Positions 59,497 through 64,000 of a stretch of DNA of 64,000 nt are shown here, one piece after another; positions within the stretch are counted from its first letter, which is position 1, and the number at the start of each line of letters is the position of its first letter. The notes below the pieces were generated by a model, which worked only from the letters and a program-made list of their open reading frames with translations, ran no database searches and was not told the origin of the DNA. The stretch covers positions 1 to 64,000 of the forward strand of contig CAYLZE010000011.1 of NCBI GenBank assembly GCA_964388035.1. The letters run 5' to 3'. The DNA comes from an uncultured archaeon. Its GTDB lineage: Archaea > Asgardarchaeota > Lokiarchaeia > Sigyniarchaeales > SOKP01. The position numbers and the translations under genes are program-made.

Positions 59497-62373
59497 TTAC
59501 AGGTTGGATATTTTTTTCTTTTCTAAAGTCAATTCCCACGCTTCTATTCGTGCGGCTGCGTAAGTTTTTATATCTCTTTTTTCTTTCCAAGGACTAAATT
59601 TTGCTCCTGCTTTGCAACAAGTGTAGAGCCCTTTAGCGAACTTAGTTCCAACGCTTACAATTGATATTGAACGTTTAAATTCTTCCAGACCATTTGTAGA
59701 CCAGCCGCCGAAAAACCCTGATAAAAAGAAATACACGTATGGCCCTATCAGAAATGCAAAAACCAATACAATCAGCACTCCAAGCAATCCCCCGCCAGTA
59801 ATCAGAAATATGAACGAACTTATGAAATAGAAGACAATACCAGCTATTCCTGGAGCAATAAAGGTTTTAAATGGAAATATTTTAAGATCGGGTAGAAATT
59901 TTTTTTTAATGATTGAATACATACATATATTTTTAAAAATTATCGCTGGAAGATACGCATATAAGATTGCAAAAATTCCAATGGTAGGATTAATTGCGAG
60001 AGTTGGAATGAGAATAATCATTAGAATTGCTCTAGAACCTTGTTCTATAACCCATGCTAATCCGCCGTAAATAGGACGATTCAAACCTGCGAAAATAGAA
60101 TCTCCCAAACCAGAATAAGGAACAAAAATGTAGAATACGATGAGAAGCGGCATTATTAACGCGACAGATTGAAATTGGAGCGGAGTCAAGGCTAATATTA
60201 AGGGCACCATGATAGCAAGCATTGCCGATGCAACCCAAAAGGTGAAATTTGAGATCCACTTGAAGCTCGACGTGATATTGTAGTTTAATAATTGGAATTT
60301 CTTATTTTCATACGCCTCTGAAACCGAAGGAATGATTGCCGCAGAAAAAAGTGTCATCACAGCAACAAGAAGAGCAACACCATTGGCGAGATTCCAATAT
60401 CCTAACCAGTTGTTATAATTGTCTAAGTAAACACTCAAGAGAACTATCTGAATTGTCATGACTAAAGGAACTAAGGCTTGCCCAGGAGCATATTTTATCC
60501 CAAATTTGAGCATGTCTTTCAACATCTCCCAGTCAAAATCGACTCGAAAAATTGAACTCCCAGAATAACCAAAAGTTTTGCGAAAGAGCCACCAACTAAT
60601 AAAAAATATCGATAAATTTGCAATAAAGTTTGATATAGCGGACCCTATAGCACCTCCTAATGCAATTCCAATAGTAGGATTAGCACTACCAATTTGAATA
60701 AAAATAGGTACTATAATTAACTGGACGATAATAAGTAATGGCGCTAAAATCGTGGTTCCAACATAAGCCGCATCTGTTCTTTGAAGCGAATTGAAGATAT
60801 TGATAAATACTAAATAGAACCCTAACCATTGAAAGAGGCTATACAGTACGAAAACATAAGTTAAGTGAGCATAAACTGTACTGGGAAATCCTATGCCCAC
60901 TAAAAAACCTACAAGCATGATTTGAAAAGCCCCCGTTATCACTTGAAACCATAAATAACATTGAGCTGCATTTATTGCTTTTACTGGTTCAGAAATACGA
61001 TATGCGGCGAACTTTCTCGTCATCCAAACCGAAGTTCCTAAATCTGCAAAAGTAAATAATGCTGCAAAAAAATTTACCACAAAGGTATACATGCCCTGCC
61101 CGCTTGGTGAAGGGAATATATATGCGGGGAAAAACCACAAGAAGAAAATCGTAAACGGTAGGATTGCTAAAATTAGGATTAATAAACCAGTGAAAACTCC
61201 TCCAATCTGTCTGTGCAAACCGATGGCGTTCCATCCTTGTAAGTATTTTGGCAAAGTGGATTCAATTTCTTCAAAAGAAAATTTATCCTTATCCACGGCT
61301 ATTGTTTTTATTTTTTCAATTTCTTCAAGACTCATTTCATGCTCCTCTTCTTCTTTTAACTCTTCAATTTTTAATTTGGCTTTTCGTTTTGCTTCAATTT
61401 CTTCTGCAGTTTCTAAGGCTACAACTTCCTTAAGCGGATGATTCAGGGAATATTTGCGAGCATATATGAACGCAAAGTAAGAACCAAAGGCTAAAGCACC
61501 GAAAATTGCAGCAATAATTAATATTCCAAAATCATGGGGAACGGGGCTATAAGGCCAAGATCGATAAGAGGGAATGGGTTTATCTTGGAGGAACATGAAA
61601 CAAGAATAAAAAAAGTATCCTGTATATGGCCAACTATCGGTTATTTCATTGAGATTTAATTTTGCGTTGAACCAAATTGTAAAAACTAAAATATTTCCTC
61701 CCATTTTGAGATCTTTGTAAAATAAGAAAACATCTCCCGAGTTGTCAGAAAAATCTTGTAAAATTATGGCAGAATTCTTTGCGTCTTTGGTATAAAAACT
61801 ATCGGAGGATAAAATGCTGAAATTATGAATTTCAGGCATTGTATTCCATGGTACATTTTCTGTCAGTTCCGGAACATTGGCGGTATTTCTGCAAATTGCA
61901 TATCCCAATTCGTTGTTTCCTTCAAATGCAGGTAACTTATCATTATTTATGATGTTGAGCTGTTTTAAATCACTTCCTGTGGTTTTTTCATCTATCAAGA
62001 AGATGAGGGAATGATCTTTTGAGCTTTTAACATATTGATCTAAATAGTATAAGGAAGATTGTCCTAAATCCACATCGCTAACTATCACAATATCAAAACC
62101 ATTCAAAGTAGATTGGCCTATATCGTTCTCTTTAATTGGAAATACATTGATACTTTTATCAAGACTCAACTTATTAAACAGAACCTCATTATAACCATCA
62201 TTGGAATGAACGAAAGCAATATTTAATTTAACCTCAGTATAATTAGAAGTTTTTTCGATTTGATATTGCCAAACTAAACCGCCAATGATTATTGCAGATG
62301 TTAACACCACGCATATATAAAAAATAATATAAACTCGCTTGGTTAAGTTATTTTTATCTTTTTTAAGGTTCAT
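59497..62373 (-). CDS. MOP-superfamily (polysaccharide flippase-like) transporter fused to an extracellular N-terminal domain
   Basis: N-terminal TM, ~245-aa soluble domain, TM and acidic linker, then a multi-TM region with ADLGTS, MLKFG, PSVSEAY. Confidence 0.75.
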   Translation of the reverse strand: MNLKKDKNNLTKRVYIIFYICVVLTSAIIIGGLVWQYQIEKTSNYTEVKLNIAFVHSNDGYNEVLFNKLSLDKSINVFPIKENDIGQSTLNGFDIVIVSDVDLGQSSLYYLDQYVKSSKDHSLIFLIDEKTTGSDLKQLNIINNDKLPAFEGNNELGYAICRNTANVPELTENVPWNTMPEIHNFSILSSDSFYTKDAKNSAIILQDFSDNSGDVFLFYKDLKMGGNILVFTIWFNAKLNLNEITDSWPYTGYFFYSCFMFLQDKPIPSYRSWPYSPVPHDFGILIIAAIFGALAFGSYFAFIYARKYSLNHPLKEVVALETAEEIEAKRKAKLKIEELKEEEEHEMSLEEIEKIKTIAVDKDKFSFEEIESTLPKYLQGWNAIGLHRQIGGVFTGLLILILAILPFTIFFLWFFPAYIFPSPSGQGMYTFVVNFFAALFTFADLGTSVWMTRKFAAYRISEPVKAINAAQCYLWFQVITGAFQIMLVGFLVGIGFPSTVYAHLTYVFVLYSLFQWLGFYLVFINIFNSLQRTDAAYVGTTILAPLLIIVQLIIVPIFIQIGSANPTIGIALGGAIGSAISNFIANLSIFFISWWLFRKTFGYSGSSIFRVDFDWEMLKDMLKFGIKYAPGQALVPLVMTIQIVLLSVYLDNYNNWLGYWNLANGVALLVAVMTLFSAAIIPSVSEAYENKKFQLLNYNITSSFKWISNFTFWVASAMLAIMVPLILALTPLQFQSVALIMPLLIVFYIFVPYSGLGDSIFAGLNRPIYGGLAWVIEQGSRAILMIILIPTLAINPTIGIFAILYAYLPAIIFKNICMYSIIKKKFLPDLKIFPFKTFIAPGIAGIVFYFISSFIFLITGGGLLGVLIVLVFAFLIGPYVYFFLSGFFGGWSTNGLEEFKRSISIVSVGTKFAKGLYTCCKAGAKFSPWKEKRDIKTYAAARIEAWELTLEKKKISNL

Positions 62374-62517
62374 TTTGCCTTTGTAATTGTTTTTTTTTAT
62401 TTTTTTTATTTATTTTCTTCATTTGAAACCTTAACAAAAAAATTTTAGGTATGTATTAATTTCAACATTGAACTTTAATAGTGTTATTAATTATTTAATT
62501 TTGAAGAATCTTTTAAG

Positions 62518-62556
62518 TAATTCTCTCTAAAAAATTAATCAAGATAGAGAGAATTA
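62518..62556. repeat. Perfect 12-bp inverted repeat with 15-nt spacer
   Basis: TAATTCTCTCTA (62518-62529) and TAGAGAGAATTA (62545-62556). Confidence 0.7.
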
Positions 62557-62837
62557 AATGATACTTGAAAAATTGTTTAAAAATTGAGTTAAAAAAAATT
62601 GAAAAGCTGCTCTTTTATTCCGAAGGCATGCGTGCTCATGAATGGAAGGTAGTACTTATTAATGTTAAATTATGGGAATAAAAGCGGGAGTTCTTATTAA
62701 AGAATCAGAATAAGATTTCATTAAGATTTTAAAACTTTTAAGTTTTTTTTTAATTGATTAAAAAAAAGAAAAAACTGAAACAAAATAATAAAGTTCAACA
62801 AAAATACTTGTCTAATAAAAAAAGACAATTTAATGCA

Positions 62838-63044
62838 TTATTTGACTAATAAATTTATAATAATACGTGCTACTTTATTCCTAACTCTTGGAAAAGTAGG
62901 ATAGATTTTAGGAATTATTGGATTATACTTTACTAAATTGAATTCTTCCTTGTGATCATGAGATGGAAGTTCAATTTCAGTTTTATTATATAAGCTATAG
63001 TTTTCCATAGTTATTGAATTCAAAATTAATTCTTTTTCCATCAT
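62838..63044 (-). CDS. Short ORF resembling the extreme N-terminus of SMC/ABC ATPases (possible remnant)
   Basis: LILNSITMENYSLYNKTEIEL; GAGGT Shine-Dalgarno before the ATG; no Walker A. Confidence 0.4.
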   Translation of the reverse strand: MMEKELILNSITMENYSLYNKTEIELPSHDHKEEFNLVKYNPIIPKIYPTFPRVRNKVARIIINLLVK

Positions 63045-63185
63045 ATAAAATACCTCTTTTCTAAGTAAAAACAGAGTTAGATGCGATTAAATAATTATGG
63101 ATATACTATATTGATAATACATGATCATATATAGGAGTATATAGAAGCAAGAGTATTGATTAAAATGATTCAAAAAAGAGCATTC

Positions 63186-63722
63186 TTAAAATTTTAGCAA
63201 AAAGTACCATAGAAACGCAATAACCACGTACGCGTTTCTAATTTTTCCTGCTTTTAAAATTTTTTTAACATCGTTTTCTGAAGCAAATTCAATCTCAATG
63301 ATTTCGTTAGGATCAAATTCCACATCTCCTTTTTGACCTAATTTCCCCATAAAAGTATAAACTTTATTGTTCATTATTGCAGGATTTCCATCCACAGAAC
63401 CAATGAGACGTAGCTCTTTCATCTCATATCCTGTTTCCTCTTTCATTTCCCTTCTTGCTGCTTTTTCTGGAGTTTCATCTGGTTCCATGCATCCTCCAGG
63501 AATTTCTAATTCTATCCGATCATTTCCAAATCGATATTGCCTGATCATTAAAATCTTTTCATTTTCATCAATTCCAATAATATTCACCCAATTAGGAACA
63601 TCAATTACATTCGCTATTACTTTTTTACTTTTTCTGGGATGTAAATACTCTTTCTCTAAAACGTTAAAAGGAGGAGTGCTCAGGATTTGAGTTGTTCTAA
63701 TTAATTTCCAGGCTTCAATCAT
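63186..63722 (-). CDS. NUDIX hydrolase (NudF/ADPRase-like)
   Basis: RQYRF, LEIPGGCMEPDETPEKAARREMKEETGY. Confidence 0.92.
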   Translation of the reverse strand: MIEAWKLIRTTQILSTPPFNVLEKEYLHPRKSKKVIANVIDVPNWVNIIGIDENEKILMIRQYRFGNDRIELEIPGGCMEPDETPEKAARREMKEETGYEMKELRLIGSVDGNPAIMNNKVYTFMGKLGQKGDVEFDPNEIIEIEFASENDVKKILKAGKIRNAYVVIAFLWYFLLKF

Positions 63723-64000
63723 TATCTATCCTATTTTTTGTACTATTAAGAAGTTTAATTCATAAATATTCAATAATTTTTTCATGTATTTTACTAAAAG
63801 AACGAAACTCTCCAAAAAAAATAGGAGCAAAAATATCGCATTTAAAATTTAATAAAGAAGAATTATTGGTTGTTTTAAAAAACAAATTATCCTAATCTAT
63901 AATATATCTCAAAAAAGAAATTTAAATAGCAATCTACTAGTCCTACTATAAATTGAAGGTTTTTTAGAAATCGATTATAAATATTTGATACTTAGAATCC

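Overview
AT-rich archaeal chromosomal window, most likely from an Asgard archaeon (Lokiarchaeia-like). This placement is inferred from archaeal-type genes (dtdA, mptA, arfC, cofG/cofH, GH57, intron-containing tRNAs) occurring with eukaryotic-signature domains (a Rab/Ras-like small GTPase and a profilin-like domain). It holds about 50 CDSs and two tRNAs with predicted non-canonical introns: tRNA-Asp(GTC) with a T-loop intron and tRNA-Arg(TCG) with an anticodon-arm intron. There is one gene interrupted by three in-frame stops, plus several gene remnants. No CRISPR array, rRNA, integrase or transposase was seen. The best candidate for an undescribed system is a five-gene operon at 19098-25949. 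It encodes a small helical protein, a Rad50/SbcC-like zinc-hook ATPase with an altered ABC signature and no Mre11 partner, an unknown basic protein, a MoxR AAA+ ATPase with a D-to-N Walker B, and a large vWA protein whose N-terminus resembles the AAA+ lid. Other notable items are a profilin-like/methyltransferase fusion, a SIR2-TPR protein, a circularly permuted membrane-anchored phospholipase D, and a GTPase that apparently starts at ATT. Also notable are an 8-repeat surface glycoprotein, a candidate for the unassigned archaeal pyrimidine deaminase in an arfC-cofG-cofH operon, and an orphan glycyl radical enzyme. All family calls come from motif recognition by eye; no database searches were run.
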